Shown: one piece after another, positions 35,405 through 47,400 of the stretch
Layout: each line of letters begins with the position of its first letter
How positions within the stretch are numbered: the stretch's first letter is position 1
NCBI GenBank assembly: GCA_963803435.1
Contig: CAWDML010000009.1
Location: 1,472,001 to 1,536,000 of the forward strand
From: an uncultured delta proteobacterium
Lineage (GTDB): Bacteria > Myxococcota > Kuafuiibacteriia > Kuafuiibacteriales > Kuafuiibacteriaceae
DNA: 64,000 nt
Direction of reading: 5' to 3'
Translations under genes and position numbers: made by a program
The notes under the pieces: model-generated
Seen by the model: only the letters and a program-made list of their open reading frames with translations
What the model was told of the DNA's origin: nothing
Databases searched by the model: none

Positions 35405-36016
35405 TCACCAGAGCCGGGTCCCGAAGACGAAGTCCCACAGGGGCATGGAGACACCGAAGCCCTTGCCCGACGCCTTGAAGTGATGCGCCAGGTGCCACTT
35501 TCGGAGCCACTTCCCGACCGCGTTCTTGGGCGCGAAGTGGTGCACGTAGTAGTGGACCATGTCGTACGAGAGGTACCCGAGGGCCAGCCCGGCGAAGGTC
35601 GCGTACCGGTTCGTCTCGCCGAAGACCACCGTGTAGATCCCGAAGAACAGGACCGCCAGCGGGACGCTCAAGCCTGGGGGGAACACGAGACGGAGCTTGT
35701 CGTTGGGCCAGTCGTGGTGCACGCCGTGGAAGATCCAGATGAGCCGCTTCCCCAGCTTGCCCTTTGCCTTGAAGTGAAAGAGGACCCGGTGGAGCCAGTA
35801 CTCCATCAACGTCCAGTTCAGCAGACCCAGCAGGAACAGGCCCAGATAGAGCGGGAGCGAGTTGCCGAGGAAGAAGGCCCGGTAGCTGCTCCAGGCGATC
35901 ACCGGCAGGAAGATGGCGGGCGGCTGCCAGGGCGGGATGCGGGAGAAGAACTCGAAGAAGTCGCTCTCGAACATCCGCCCCGACTCGCTCTGGGCGCTCG
36001 CTTTCACGGCTCGCAT
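35405..36016 (-). CDS. Fatty acid hydroxylase / sterol desaturase family protein
   Basis: His boxes HRVLFH, HGVHH, HYYVHH, HLAHH; GFGVS..WD.VFGT. Confidence 0.9.
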   Translation of the reverse strand: MRAVKASAQSESGRMFESDFFEFFSRIPPWQPPAIFLPVIAWSSYRAFFLGNSLPLYLGLFLLGLLNWTLMEYWLHRVLFHFKAKGKLGKRLIWIFHGVHHDWPNDKLRLVFPPGLSVPLAVLFFGIYTVVFGETNRYATFAGLALGYLSYDMVHYYVHHFAPKNAVGKWLRKWHLAHHFKASGKGFGVSMPLWDFVFGTRLW

Positions 36017-36094
36017 GGAACGGGGCGCACGCTAGGACGCCGATCCACCAAACGCAATGTGATTGGCGCCGTCACTTCCGACCAAGCGGTTTGA

Positions 36095-36832
36095 TCAACG
36101 CCCGATGCGGCTGAGGAGCGTGCGCTGGACCTCCTGCTCCACGTCCTCGGCGCGATGGAGCAGCTCTTCTGCGGCGGGCTCGGCGGTGGCGGCCATCTGC
36201 TCGAGGAGCTCGGCGCCAGCTCGGATCGCGCGGGACCCCACCTGCACGGCATCGTCATCGTCGTCGACGCCGCGCGCGACGCGGGCGCGATCGAGCGCGA
36301 CCTCGAGCTCGTCCTCGAGGAACGGTTGATTGTCCGCGTGGACGAACTCGGCGACGACCACCGCGGCGGTGAGGTGACCGCAGCCGGCCTTGAGGCCCTC
36401 CTTGGGGCGGAGCACCTTCAGCGTGCGGTAGGCGAGCCGGCCGGCATCGATGTGGCCCTTGATCGCGCGCTCGTGCGCGGGCGCTTGGGAGAGCTCGCGG
36501 AGCGCGTTGACCCAGCGGGTGACGGCCATCGACGCGATCAGCGAGATACGGCTCGAGTGGCGGAGCACGTCGCCGAGGGTGGCGCGGCGCGCCAGCTCGG
36601 CGGTGGCGTGGACCTGGGCGTAGCGGATGTGGATGAGGCCGTCGCCGGCCAGCTCGGGGGACTCGGTGTCGGTCGCCTCGTTCGCCAGCTTGGACGCGCG
36701 GGCTTCGAGGCGCCGCTTGAGGTCGGACAGCATCGCGTCGACCCGCTCCATCCGGTGGGCCGCCTGCGCGAGGCGCTCGATGTCGAAGGCGAGGCGTTGG
36801 CGGACGTCGAGTGTGGACATCATGGTGGGCAC
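36095..36832 (-). CDS. Hypothetical alpha-helical protein
   Basis: GC3-biased codon usage; fills the gap between co-oriented genes; no family recognised. Confidence 0.6.
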   Translation of the reverse strand: MPTMMSTLDVRQRLAFDIERLAQAAHRMERVDAMLSDLKRRLEARASKLANEATDTESPELAGDGLIHIRYAQVHATAELARRATLGDVLRHSSRISLIASMAVTRWVNALRELSQAPAHERAIKGHIDAGRLAYRTLKVLRPKEGLKAGCGHLTAAVVVAEFVHADNQPFLEDELEVALDRARVARGVDDDDDAVQVGSRAIRAGAELLEQMAATAEPAAEELLHRAEDVEQEVQRTLLSRIGR

Positions 36833-36892
36833 CGAGGGAACGGTGTGGGCAGCCTAGCGCATGCCCCTGGATGTGGAAACGAAGGAATCCGC

Positions 36893-38941
36893 TCAGTTTC
36901 CGCAGCCGTTCGAGACGAGGATCGTTTCCTGACCGGGGGTCTGGCTGGTGGCGCCGCAGGAGTTGGTGCAGTTCACCCCGAGGACGAACGTCCCGGCCGC
37001 CATCGGCACGAAGGCGGTCGTCAGCATCCCCTGCGTGTTGAACGGCGGCGGCATGCCCATCGGCACGAAGGGCCAGAACCAAGTGCAGGCGTTCACCATC
37101 GCGCCTGGAGGTCCGGGGTTGCTGGCGTTGGCGTCCACCATGATCTCGTCACCGACGCAATGGGGGGACGGGCTCGTCACGGTGATGACCGGCGTGGGGA
37201 AGAGGCACGGCTTGTCCTCGGCGGAGAGCACCACGATGTGCTCCGGATCCGAGGGCGCGTCCGAGAAGATGTGGAGCTCGACCAGGTCGATCGTGGAGAT
37301 GTCGTCGTTGGCGTAGGTGACATCGAGCTGCTTGGTGAAGTTGGCGTTGCAGCCCGGGCTCCCCGGCGCGCAGAGGGTCAGGTTGAGATCGCAAGGATTG
37401 GCGCCGGCGCAGAGCGGGATGGTGAAGTCGTCGACCGACGGGTGATCGAGCATCCCGTTGGGCCCGCGCAGCTCGAGTCGCGAGACGACGAGATCGCCGT
37501 AGCCGATGTTGGAGATGATCAGCGGCTGCGTCTGCGGCGGGAACGGCGGATCGACGCCGACCGGGAGCGGGAACGCGAGCGTGTCGGCGGGCTGGACCTG
37601 GATCTCGGGGATCGGGCCGCCGATGATGGGGATCAGGATCCGCGGGTTGATCGGATCGTTGCTGGTGAGCACCAGGTTGTCCGCGTCGACGCCGGTGTTT
37701 CGCGGCGTGTACGCGACGAAGAGCTGGACCAGCTCGAAGAGCCGCAGGGTGAGGTTCTGCGTGGGTCCGAGGTCGGTCGTCACGGCGAACTCCGGGTTGC
37801 CGCTCTCGATGGCGATGTTGGAGATCGTGAGATCGGCGTCGCCGCCGTTGCGGCAGGTGATCGTGGCGGTGGCGGTGGTGTTCTGGGGAACCGGCCCGAA
37901 GTTGATCCGCTCCGGCGAGCACTGGAGCGCCGGCGCCGAGCCCTGGCCCGTCAGCGGCACCACGATCAAGCGGTGGTCGGGATCGTTCGTGTACAGCCGG
38001 AGGCCGGTCATGTTGGTCGCCTGTCCGCGCCACAAGCCGGTGCGCGCGCCGCTGAAGACGAACTTGAACTGGTTCGCGCCGTCGGTGCCGCCGGGGGTGA
38101 TCGGCACGAGGAACGGATCGGCCGGGTCGGGCGTCAGCGGCTGGCCGCTCATGTCCTCGATGGTGAAGCCCACGTCCTCGCCGGTGAGGATCGGTCCGGG
38201 ATCGCCGCAGCAGTAGTCCTGCACCAGGACGTCGATCTTCTGGATCTCGAGGTCGCCGACCGGCTTGTTGTCGCGCCACTGGTTGCGCACCTCGATGACC
38301 AGGTCGCAGGGATCCTCGTTGGAGCTGACCGCGCCGAAGGTCACGCCGTTGCACTGTCTCAGCTGGGGCTGCGCCTCTCCGCAGTTGTTCGCGACCGGGC
38401 AGAACACGCTGGCGACGGGCGGCTGTACCGCGCGGCCCGAGAGCCCGAAGCTGGCCGCGCCGGTGGGCGTGTTGTCGGTGACGTTGAGATCGGCGGCCTG
38501 CCCCTCGCCGGGGCAACCGTTGAAGTCGAAGTTCTCGCGGAGCGTGTTGCCATCCCAGGCCTGCGGGCAGGGACGGAAGGTGACGCTGATGGTGGCCGTC
38601 TGGCCGGGCGCGATGCCGACCATCGGATTCAGCTCGTCGGCCACGACGACCTTCCAGGTCCCGTCGGCCGAGGTGCTCACCAGGTTCGCCGCCACCACGT
38701 TGACCGGCGCCCGCCCGTTCGACTGCACCCGGATGGCGAGCGTCTTCTCGGAGTTGACCGAGACGTCGCCGAACACCAGCTCGGTCCCGGGGGCTTCACC
38801 CACGGCGCTGACGAACGGATAGGGATCGTAGGTCACGGAGGGGAGGAACTGCTCGGTCTCGCAGTTGCAATTCATCAGGGTCCCCGCCGAGAGAAAGCTC
38901 AGCATGAGGAAGGGAATCGAGCGGCGTTGGGGTCCGTGCAT
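36893..38941 (-). CDS. Lipoprotein with Ig-like (choice-of-anchor D / ASH-like) repeats and PKD-like C-terminus
   Basis: Signal ending MNCNC; repeats such as INFGPV..TITCRNGGDADLTISNI, ISNIGYGDLVVS, SNDP. Confidence 0.75.
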   Translation of the reverse strand: MHGPQRRSIPFLMLSFLSAGTLMNCNCETEQFLPSVTYDPYPFVSAVGEAPGTELVFGDVSVNSEKTLAIRVQSNGRAPVNVVAANLVSTSADGTWKVVVADELNPMVGIAPGQTATISVTFRPCPQAWDGNTLRENFDFNGCPGEGQAADLNVTDNTPTGAASFGLSGRAVQPPVASVFCPVANNCGEAQPQLRQCNGVTFGAVSSNEDPCDLVIEVRNQWRDNKPVGDLEIQKIDVLVQDYCCGDPGPILTGEDVGFTIEDMSGQPLTPDPADPFLVPITPGGTDGANQFKFVFSGARTGLWRGQATNMTGLRLYTNDPDHRLIVVPLTGQGSAPALQCSPERINFGPVPQNTTATATITCRNGGDADLTISNIAIESGNPEFAVTTDLGPTQNLTLRLFELVQLFVAYTPRNTGVDADNLVLTSNDPINPRILIPIIGGPIPEIQVQPADTLAFPLPVGVDPPFPPQTQPLIISNIGYGDLVVSRLELRGPNGMLDHPSVDDFTIPLCAGANPCDLNLTLCAPGSPGCNANFTKQLDVTYANDDISTIDLVELHIFSDAPSDPEHIVVLSAEDKPCLFPTPVITVTSPSPHCVGDEIMVDANASNPGPPGAMVNACTWFWPFVPMGMPPPFNTQGMLTTAFVPMAAGTFVLGVNCTNSCGATSQTPGQETILVSNGCGN

Positions 38942-39030
38942 GGCGCTCCTCGTGTCGCGTGGCCGTAACAAACGGGTCTGGTACGGTCAATCATCCCCTT
39001 CGACCCGGAAGTTGATACGATCGCGCACCG

Positions 39031-39777
39031 ATGCAGTCGAAGCTGCTGAGCACGATCGCGGTGGTCATCCTCTCCTCTACGGGTGTGAGCGCGCGAGGGG
39101 CCCAGATTCGCGCGTTCGCCAACCGTTGGCTCGGAACCCCCTACCAATGGGGCGGGGACTCGCGGAGCGGGATCGACTGCTCCGCCTACCTGCGTCAGAT
39201 GTACCGGGTCCTGTTCAACGTGGAGCTGCCCCGCACCACCAGTCAGCAGATCGATCTCGGCATCGACCTGCCCATCAACAAGACGACGCCCGGGCAAGGG
39301 CTCGAGCCGGGCGACCTCATCTTCTTCATCGACAGCACCCGGACGCCGAACCACGTGGTCGTCTACGCGGGGGACAACACGATCACGCACAGCGTCAGCG
39401 GTCGCGGCGTGGTGATCGAGCCCATCCGCAAGGTCTTCGGACGGCGGATCGTGGCGCGCCGGCTCCTGGTCCCTTCGAACGACGGCAGCGGGGGTTTCGG
39501 ACCGATCCCGCCGGCCGGACCCATCGTGGTCCAAGATCTCCCGTGCCCCGGCGACTATCGGGCCAAGCGCTTCGAGGTCCGGATGTATCGCACCAAGCCG
39601 ATCGGCGAGATCAAGCAGCTCGGCGAACGGGACCTCTGCGACTTCCGCGCGCTCGCCGACGCGCTCCGGGCGAAGGGCGGGCCGATGGCGAAGGACAACG
39701 CGGACCGGCTCGACGCACACGCCGAGTGGCTGCAGTCCATCGACGCCCTCAAGGGCACCATCGGACGCGGCTGGTGA
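39031..39777 (+). CDS. NlpC/P60 family cell-wall peptidase
   Basis: Signal peptide, GTPYQWGG, catalytic DCSAY, LPRT, PGDLIFF, NHVVVY, ITHS. Confidence 0.92.
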   Translation: MQSKLLSTIAVVILSSTGVSARGAQIRAFANRWLGTPYQWGGDSRSGIDCSAYLRQMYRVLFNVELPRTTSQQIDLGIDLPINKTTPGQGLEPGDLIFFIDSTRTPNHVVVYAGDNTITHSVSGRGVVIEPIRKVFGRRIVARRLLVPSNDGSGGFGPIPPAGPIVVQDLPCPGDYRAKRFEVRMYRTKPIGEIKQLGERDLCDFRALADALRAKGGPMAKDNADRLDAHAEWLQSIDALKGTIGRGW

Positions 39778-39937
39778 GGCCGGGGCTCTGGTAGACTCGG
39801 GCGCGTGCCTCAGCTGGAGCGACCGATCGCGCTCGTCCCTCGGCCGTCGGCGCTGGTCCGCGCGATCCGCATGCTCGTGATCGTCACGGTCACCGTGCTC
39901 GTCTTCGTCTTCGGGGTCGCGATCGCCGCGCTGGTCC

Positions 39938-41188
39938 TCACAGGTACTTGATCGTCGACCGCACCAGGTCGCGCAGCAGATCGTCGAGCGGGATGCCGTG
40001 CCGCTCGGCGGCGGTCTTGAGCCGATCGTGCTCCTCGTCGGTCAGCTGGATCGTGAGGGCCCGATCGGCGCCGATCGCGGAGTCGACCACGACCAGCTCG
40101 GCCCCACCGTTCCCGCCGATCTTCGCCTTTCCCACGGCCTCGCCGACCATCACGCTCTGCGCGTCGTGGCTGCCGGTCTCGGGGGGGAGCGGCGGCGGCG
40201 TCTTGCGCTGGCGCTCGCGCGCGGCGGCCGCCAGCTGGGTGCGCTCTCGCTCGATCTCGTCGACGAAGATCTGCTTCATGAAGTTCGCGAGGTGGGTGCT
40301 CGTCGGGATGAACTCGGCCGAGTGGAGCCACTGTTGGATGTCGAACTGCATGTCGCGGGCGCTCTGGTAGCGCGCCTCGCGATCCTTCTGGAGCGCCCGC
40401 ATCAGTACGTCCTCGAGCGGCTCCGGGATGTCCTCGCGGAAGTACGAGGGCGGGTAGATCCGGCCGTCGATGATCGACTTGAGGATGGCCATCTCGTTCT
40501 CGCCGGTGAAGAGCTTGTAGCCGGTGATCCACTCGTAGAGGACGACGCCGAGCGTGAAGATGTCGGAGCGCTCGTCGAGGACCTTGCCCATGCCCTGCTC
40601 GGGCGACATGTACGAGAGCTTGCCCTTGATCTCGCCGGCCTTGGTCTGGTCGGTCTGGGTGGTGGCCTTCGCGATCCCGAAGTCGAGGATCTTCACGTTG
40701 CCGTTCCACGCCACCATGATGTTCTCGGGCGTGATGTCACGGTGGACGATGTGGAGCGGCTCGCCGAAGTCGTCGCTCTTGGTGTGGGCGTAGGCGAGGC
40801 CGTCGAGCACGCGCTCCGCGATCGCCATCGCGTACTCGATCGGAAACTGGATCCCGAGCCTCTCGGCCTTGGGGACCACCCGGGACATGTCGCGGCCCGA
40901 GATGTACTCCATGGCGATGTAGAAGCTGGAGTTGATCTTGCCGAGGTCGTAGATCTGCACGACGTTCGGATGCTGGAGCTGCGCCGCGAGCTTGGCCTCG
41001 TTCAAGAACATCTTGACGAAGGCCTCCTCGCTGGTGAGGTGGGGTCGGATCCGCTTGATGGCCAGCGTCTTCTCGAAGCCCTCGAGGCCGGGACGGACGG
41101 CGAGGAAAACCTCGGCCATGCCGCCGACCGCAATCCGCTCGAGCAGCTTGTATTTCCCGAACCAGACGGGCGAGCTTTGGGCCGCCAA
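39938..41188 (-). CDS. Cytoplasmic Ser/Thr protein kinase with C-terminal ribbon-helix-helix-like segment
   Basis: Motifs GGMAEVF, HRDITPEN, DFGIAK, YMSPEQ; no TM segment; tail LTIQLTDEEHDRLKTAAERHGIPLDDLLRDLV. Confidence 0.9.
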   Translation of the reverse strand: MAAQSSPVWFGKYKLLERIAVGGMAEVFLAVRPGLEGFEKTLAIKRIRPHLTSEEAFVKMFLNEAKLAAQLQHPNVVQIYDLGKINSSFYIAMEYISGRDMSRVVPKAERLGIQFPIEYAMAIAERVLDGLAYAHTKSDDFGEPLHIVHRDITPENIMVAWNGNVKILDFGIAKATTQTDQTKAGEIKGKLSYMSPEQGMGKVLDERSDIFTLGVVLYEWITGYKLFTGENEMAILKSIIDGRIYPPSYFREDIPEPLEDVLMRALQKDREARYQSARDMQFDIQQWLHSAEFIPTSTHLANFMKQIFVDEIERERTQLAAAARERQRKTPPPLPPETGSHDAQSVMVGEAVGKAKIGGNGGAELVVVDSAIGADRALTIQLTDEEHDRLKTAAERHGIPLDDLLRDLVRSTIKYL

Positions 41189-41483
41189 CGCGCGGCGAAG
41201 CTATCACGAACTTGCAGAACAGAGTTCTCGACGCGCTGACCGACCCCCCTGCGGGGGCTGCGCCCGGCTCGAGCCCGGCCGGCTCGGCGGTAAAACCTAG
41301 GTATTTCCATGACTTAGTCGGTGCTTTCGCGCTTGACTGCCCCAGCCTTGCGGGTCGAGTCTGTGCGCGGCTTCGCGCCACGGGAGGGTTGGGGATTTGC
41401 CGCGCGCGCCTCGGGCCGCTGGAGGGACCAGCGGATCGAGGGCGCACCGCTCCGCTCGTTCGTGCGTCGAGCTGGGAGCTCTG

Positions 41484-44400
41484 ATGAATCTTTGTGCGCG
41501 CACCCTCTTCACGCTCGCCTCCACCCTCGCCGTCTCGACCGCCGCACACGCCCAGACGTGGATTCAATCGGATCACCCGGAGGCCTTCGTCCCTCTCGCG
41601 TCGCTGCCGGGGATCGGACCGACCACGCCCTTCGTCCTGGTGCCCGAGACGTCCTTCTTGCCGGGGGATGACGACGGCTTCGCGGCGAACATCCCGCTCG
41701 GCTTCACCTTCAACTTCCTCGGCACGAGCGCCGCCGCCATCGGCGTGAGCTCGAACGGGTCGATCTCGTTCACGAACACCTCCCAGCCCTCCTTCGCCAG
41801 TAACTCCGCCATCGGCGACCCGTCGGAGCCGAACAACTTGATCGCAGTCTGGTGGGACGACAACGCCTTCACCTCCGGATCGTCACGGGACCATCGGCAC
41901 CGCCCCGAACCGGATCTTCGTCGTCGAGCTGACCACGTTCGCCAACTGGCAGGACACGGGGAGCGACGGCGGATCGGCCCAGGTCTGGATCTACGAAGGG
42001 CCGGCGGCGCGCTTCGAGGTCCGCTACGGCGGCGCGCTGAGCTTCACCCACTACGGCGCGTCGGTCGGCTGGGAGGGCGCCGGCGGCGCTCCGAACGGCA
42101 CGTTCCTCACCTGCGGCACGCTCTGCACGGCGGCGAACTTCAACACCCTCGTCAACCGCGTGTTCACGGTGCAGTTCCCCGAGCGTCCGGAGCTCTTCCC
42201 CGACTTCGGCATGTTCGCCCGCGGCGCCAGCCCGGGGACGCAGGGCGCCGGACAGGTGGTGTTGAGCAACCAGGGCATCCAGACGGCCACCACCGTCCTC
42301 ACCAACCTGTATCTGTCGACCGATCAGACCTTCGACAGCGGCGACATCCTGGTTGGCAGCACCACGAACGACCTCCCCACCGGCCCGACGACGGCGGCCG
42401 TGACGGTCGATGTGCCCGCGGGCCAGCCAGTCGCGGACTACTACCTGCTGGCGCGGATCGACGCGGACCTTCGCTACGCCGAGATCGTCGAGAGCGACAA
42501 CATCCGCGCCGGCCCGCACTTCGCCACCGGGCCCGAGCTCAGCCCGATCTCGATCACGACCAGTCAGTCCGGGATCAACCCGGGCGAGACCGCCACGTTC
42601 GACGTCGGCGTGGCGCAGAACGGGGTGCCGTTCGCCCAGCCGGTGGGGCTCCGCGTCTATGCGTCCTCCGATCAGGTCTTCGATCAGAACGACCGGCTGA
42701 TCGGCACGCAGACCGTCACGCTGAATGGGAGCGCCACGCAGACGGTCCCGTTCTCGGGCACGCTGCCGACGCTCCCTCCGGGCGCCTACTACGCCGTCGC
42801 GCAGATCGATCCGAACAACCAGGTGATCGAGACCGCCGAGGCCAACAACGTCTTCGTGGGGCCGACGCCGTTCCAGACGGGTCCGGACTTCGCGATCGCG
42901 AGCGTGAGCGTCCCGCCGCCGGCCTCGCCCGGCGGCTCGATCGACGTCACCACCACGATCGGCTCGCTCTCGGTGCCGTTCACCGGCAACGTCGCGTATC
43001 GCCTCTATGCCTCGCGGGACGCGACGTACGACGCCTCGGACGTGAACCTGGGCTCGCTGACCGCCGCGTTCACGGGTCAGGCGAGCGTGGCGGACACGAA
43101 GACGGTCATGCTCCCTGCCAACCTCGGACCCGGCCGCTTCTATCTGATCGCGTGGGTCGATCCCAACAGCGCGATCGCCGAGGTCAACGAGATGAACAAC
43201 CGCGGCGCCAGCGCCGCGCCGATGATCGTCGGACCGGAGCTCGGGGTCAGCTCGGTGACGTTCAGCCCGATCAGCGTCGAGGTCGGACAGAACCTCCACG
43301 CCACCGGCGCCGTGCGCTCCACCGGGACACCCTTCACCGGCAACGTCAGCGTCCGCATCTACATCTCCAGCGACGCCATCTTCGACCCGGGTGACGACGC
43401 ACTGTACGAGGGGACGCTCCTGATTCTCGGGTCTCTCCACGACGGCGTTCGACTTCACCTTCCCGGTGCCGCGGACCAGCCCGGTCAGCGGCGACGCCGT
43501 GGTGCCCGCCAGCTACCGCATCTTCGCGGAGGTGGACGGTGAGAACGCGATCCTCGAGGCCGACGACCACGACAACTTCGCGCTGGCCACGAACACGCTG
43601 GTGATCGTCGGCGCGGATCTCCGCGTTTCGTCGATGAGCGGGGCTCCGGTCGCGTTCAGCGGGCGGCCCTACACGGTCTCCGTCACCATCGAGAACACCG
43701 GCGTCGCGGACGCGCGCGGCTTCGTTCGCGCCTACTATCTCTCCCGGGACACCGCGATCCGGATCTTCGATCAGCAGGTCGCGGTCACCGGCACCGCCAC
43801 GCTCACCGCCGGAGGGACCCAAACCTACGTCGACACGCTCGACATGCCGGTCCTGACCGCGACCACCTCTCTTTACCTGGGCGTCATCGTGGACCTGTAC
43901 GACGCCGTCCCCGAGAGCAACGCCAACAACAACATCGGTCGCATCCCCAACCCCATCTCGATCGTGTTCCCGATCCCCAACATGACCGCGGAGATCGTCG
44001 AGACCGCCACGGCGGCGGCGGCCGGGGAGGAGCTGGCCGTCACGCGGCTCCTCAGCAACGACGGCGTCGCCGACTCGGGCGCGTTCGAGTACACGTACTA
44101 CCTGTCGAGCAACCCGGTCATCTCGACCGACGACATCATGCTCGGGACGTTCTCGTCCTCGCTCCCCGAGGGCGGCGACGACTATGCGATCGACGTGGTC
44201 AACGTCCCCTCGAGCGTGACGCCCGGGACGTACTACCTGGGGCTGATCGTGGACCCGGAGGATCGGGTCGACGAGGTCTACGAGGACGACAACGCGACGC
44301 TCGGGCCCCAGGTGCCGGTCTATGCGGCCGCCATCCACTTCGTCACCAACTCGCTCCCGAACGGGACGCTCGGCGTTCCGTACGAGGTGGGCGTCTACGC

Positions 44401-47400
44401 GACGGGCGGACCGCTCGCCCTCACCTACTCGGTGGCAGGCAGCGCGCTCCCCGGGGGCCTCGCGCTGGATCCGGCCAGCGGGATCCTCTCGGGCACGCCG
44501 ACCACGGAGGGCCTCTTCCACTTCGCGCTGCGGGCCTCCGCCGGCACCGCGTACGCGGACCGCAGCTTCTCGATCCGCGTGGTCGCCCCCACCGTCGGGC
44601 TCGAGATCGCGACCCCCGCGCTCCCCACCGCGGTGGCCCACCGCGCCTACGACGTCCGGCTCGTGGCGGTCGGGGGTACGCCGCCGTACGAGTGGTCCGC
44701 GATCAGCCGGCTCCCGAGCGGCCTCTCGGTGTCCACGGACGGCCGGCTCTCGGGCTCGCCGGAGTCGCCCGGATCTCTGCCGGTCACGTTCCGCGTCCGC
44801 GACGCGCTCGGCGCGTCCCGTTCCAAGGACCTGGCGCTCAACGTGATCAACGCGAACAACTCGATCCAGATCGTGCAGGTCCCCCTGCCGACCGCGATCG
44901 TCGGCCTGCCCTACTGCGAGCCCGAGACCGTCTCGCTCGAGGCCAGGAACGGCATCGCGCCCTACACGTGGTCGCTGATCGGCGCGGGCCCGCCCGGGCT
45001 CACGCTCGCTGCGGACGGTTCGATCTGCGGGACGCCGGAGCAGACCGGTCGCTTCCCGATCACCGTGCGCGCGCAGGATCAGACGGGGCTGTTCGACACC
45101 TCGCTCTTCATCCTCGAGGTGGACGACGGTACCGATCTCGCGATCTCGACGTTCACGCTCGAGCCCGCCCAGGTGGGCACGGCCTACGCGGCGAGCGTCA
45201 CCGCGATCCGCGGCGTCGCGCCCTACACGTTCACCGTCGTCGACAGCTGGGGCGAGCTTCCGCCCGGGCTCACGCTCGGCGACGACGGCATGGTGGCGGG
45301 TACACCGTCGGCCGACGGGACGTTCGCGTTCGTGGTGCGCGTCGTCGACTCGCAGCTGCGCAGCGACACCCAACCGCTCTCGATCGTGGTGGCCCCGGCG
45401 CCGACGAAGCCCGTGGACGACACGGGGTGCGGCTGCAGTGCGGCGGAGGGGAGCGATCGACCGCTCGCCTCGCTGTTCCTCATGCTCGTGCTGGGCGCGG
45501 TGCTCCTGTTCCGGCGCCGTTCGGCCCGGCGGCGGCGGCGGCTCATCGCAGCGGCGGCGGTGGCCGTCAGCGCCGGCTTCGCCCACGAGGCCCGAGCGCA
45601 GTTCGTGCCCGGTACGCCCTACGTGATGACCACCGCCCCGATCACGTACCAGCCCTGCAGCAGTCCGACCGTGATCTCGACCGACGTCGACGACGGACAG
45701 TTTCCGGTCACGATCCCGTTCCAGTTCCGCTTCTACGACGACTTCCCCACCAGCATCAGCGTGGGGGCCAACGGCGCCATCGCGTTCCCCTCGGGCACGT
45801 CGATCAGCCTGTCGAACGAGGCCCCCGGCAACTCCTCGCTCGATGCCTTCATCGCGCCCATGTGGGACGACCTCCGGCTCTACTCGGCGAACGGCGGTGT
45901 GATCGGCACGGTGGTCGCCGGCACTGCGCCGAACCGCACGCTCACGATCTGCTACGAGGGCATGAGCCGGTTCAGCTTCACCGGCTTCCTCTTCAGCTTC
46001 CAGATCCGGCTCTTCGAGGGTCAGTCGGGGCGCGTCGAGATCGACTACGGCCCGACCTCCGGCGTCGCCACGTTCACCGGGACGATGGGCATGGAGGACA
46101 CGCAGGGCGCCCGTCCGATCCTCTTCCATCCCGGCGGGTGCACCACCGCCTGCACGCAGGTGGAGCTCGAGTCGCTGTCGAACACGCGGATCACGGTGGT
46201 CGAGGATCCGGGGGTCGAGATCGTCGCGGTCGGCGTGACCGCGCCCGAGATCGCGTTCCTCGGCGCGCAGACGCCGGTGCAAGTACAGGTGGCGAACCTC
46301 AACGCGAACCCCGTCGGCCCGTTCACCGTGGCGGTCGAGGCGGGCGACGGCCCCACCGTGATGAATCCGGTCGCTGTCGGCTCGGTGGAGCTCACGCTCC
46401 CCGGCTTCACGTCGCGAGCAGTGACCGTCACCTCGGTGATCCCGTCGTCGTTCGGTGAGCGATCGATCTACCTCCGGGCCATCGCCGACTCGACGGGCGC
46501 GATCACCGAGGTCAACGAGACCAACAACGTCACCACCTCCGCGACCGCGGTCCGTCTGCTCCGCGGCAAGCCCGACCTCTCGGTGGAGCGCGTCGTGGCC
46601 ACGGCCACCGCGGGCGTGGACAGCGGCGGGGCCCTGACCGTGTATACGACCGTCACCAACGTCGGCGGAGAGGACGCCCCTGCGACCGACGTCGGCGTGG
46701 TCCTCTCCTCGAACCCCGTGATCAGCCCCCAGGACGTCGAGATCGGACGCTTCACGGTGGTGCTGGCGCCGGGCGAGAGTGTCACCTCGACGGAGACCGT
46801 CACCGTCCCGGCCGACACGAACTCCGGCCTCTACTACCTGGGTGCCGTCGCCGATCCGGAGAACACGCTCGAGGAGCTCTCCGAGTCGAACAACGGGCGC
46901 GCCGATCCGACGCCGATCGTGGTACGGGGCGGGGAGCTCGCGGTGGTGACCGCCGCCCTGCCGAACGGTTACGTCAGCGAGACGTACACCGCTCTGCTCT
47001 CGGCGGTCGGGGGAGACGGCAGCTACCACTGGAGCGTGGCGCAAGGTACCTTGCCTTCGGGCATCGGCTTGGCCCCGGCCACCGGCGAGCTCTTCGGACG
47101 ACCTCAGGTGGCAGAGAGCCAGAACCTGACCCTCCGCGTCGAATCGAACGGCGCGAGCGCCGAGCATGCCTTCACGCTGACAGTGGAGGATCCGGCCGAG
47201 CCGCTGACCATCGTGTCGCGCGCCCTGGCGCCCGCGGTGGTCGGTCAGGAGTACGCGTTCTCGCTGGTGGCCACCGGAGGAAGCGGTGACCCCACCACCT
47301 GGTCCGCCACCGGTCTGCCGGCAGGCCTGGCGCTCGACGGCGCTCGGATCTTCGGGACGCCGGAGGTCGCCGGCCAGGCGACCGTCGCGCTCTCGGTCAC

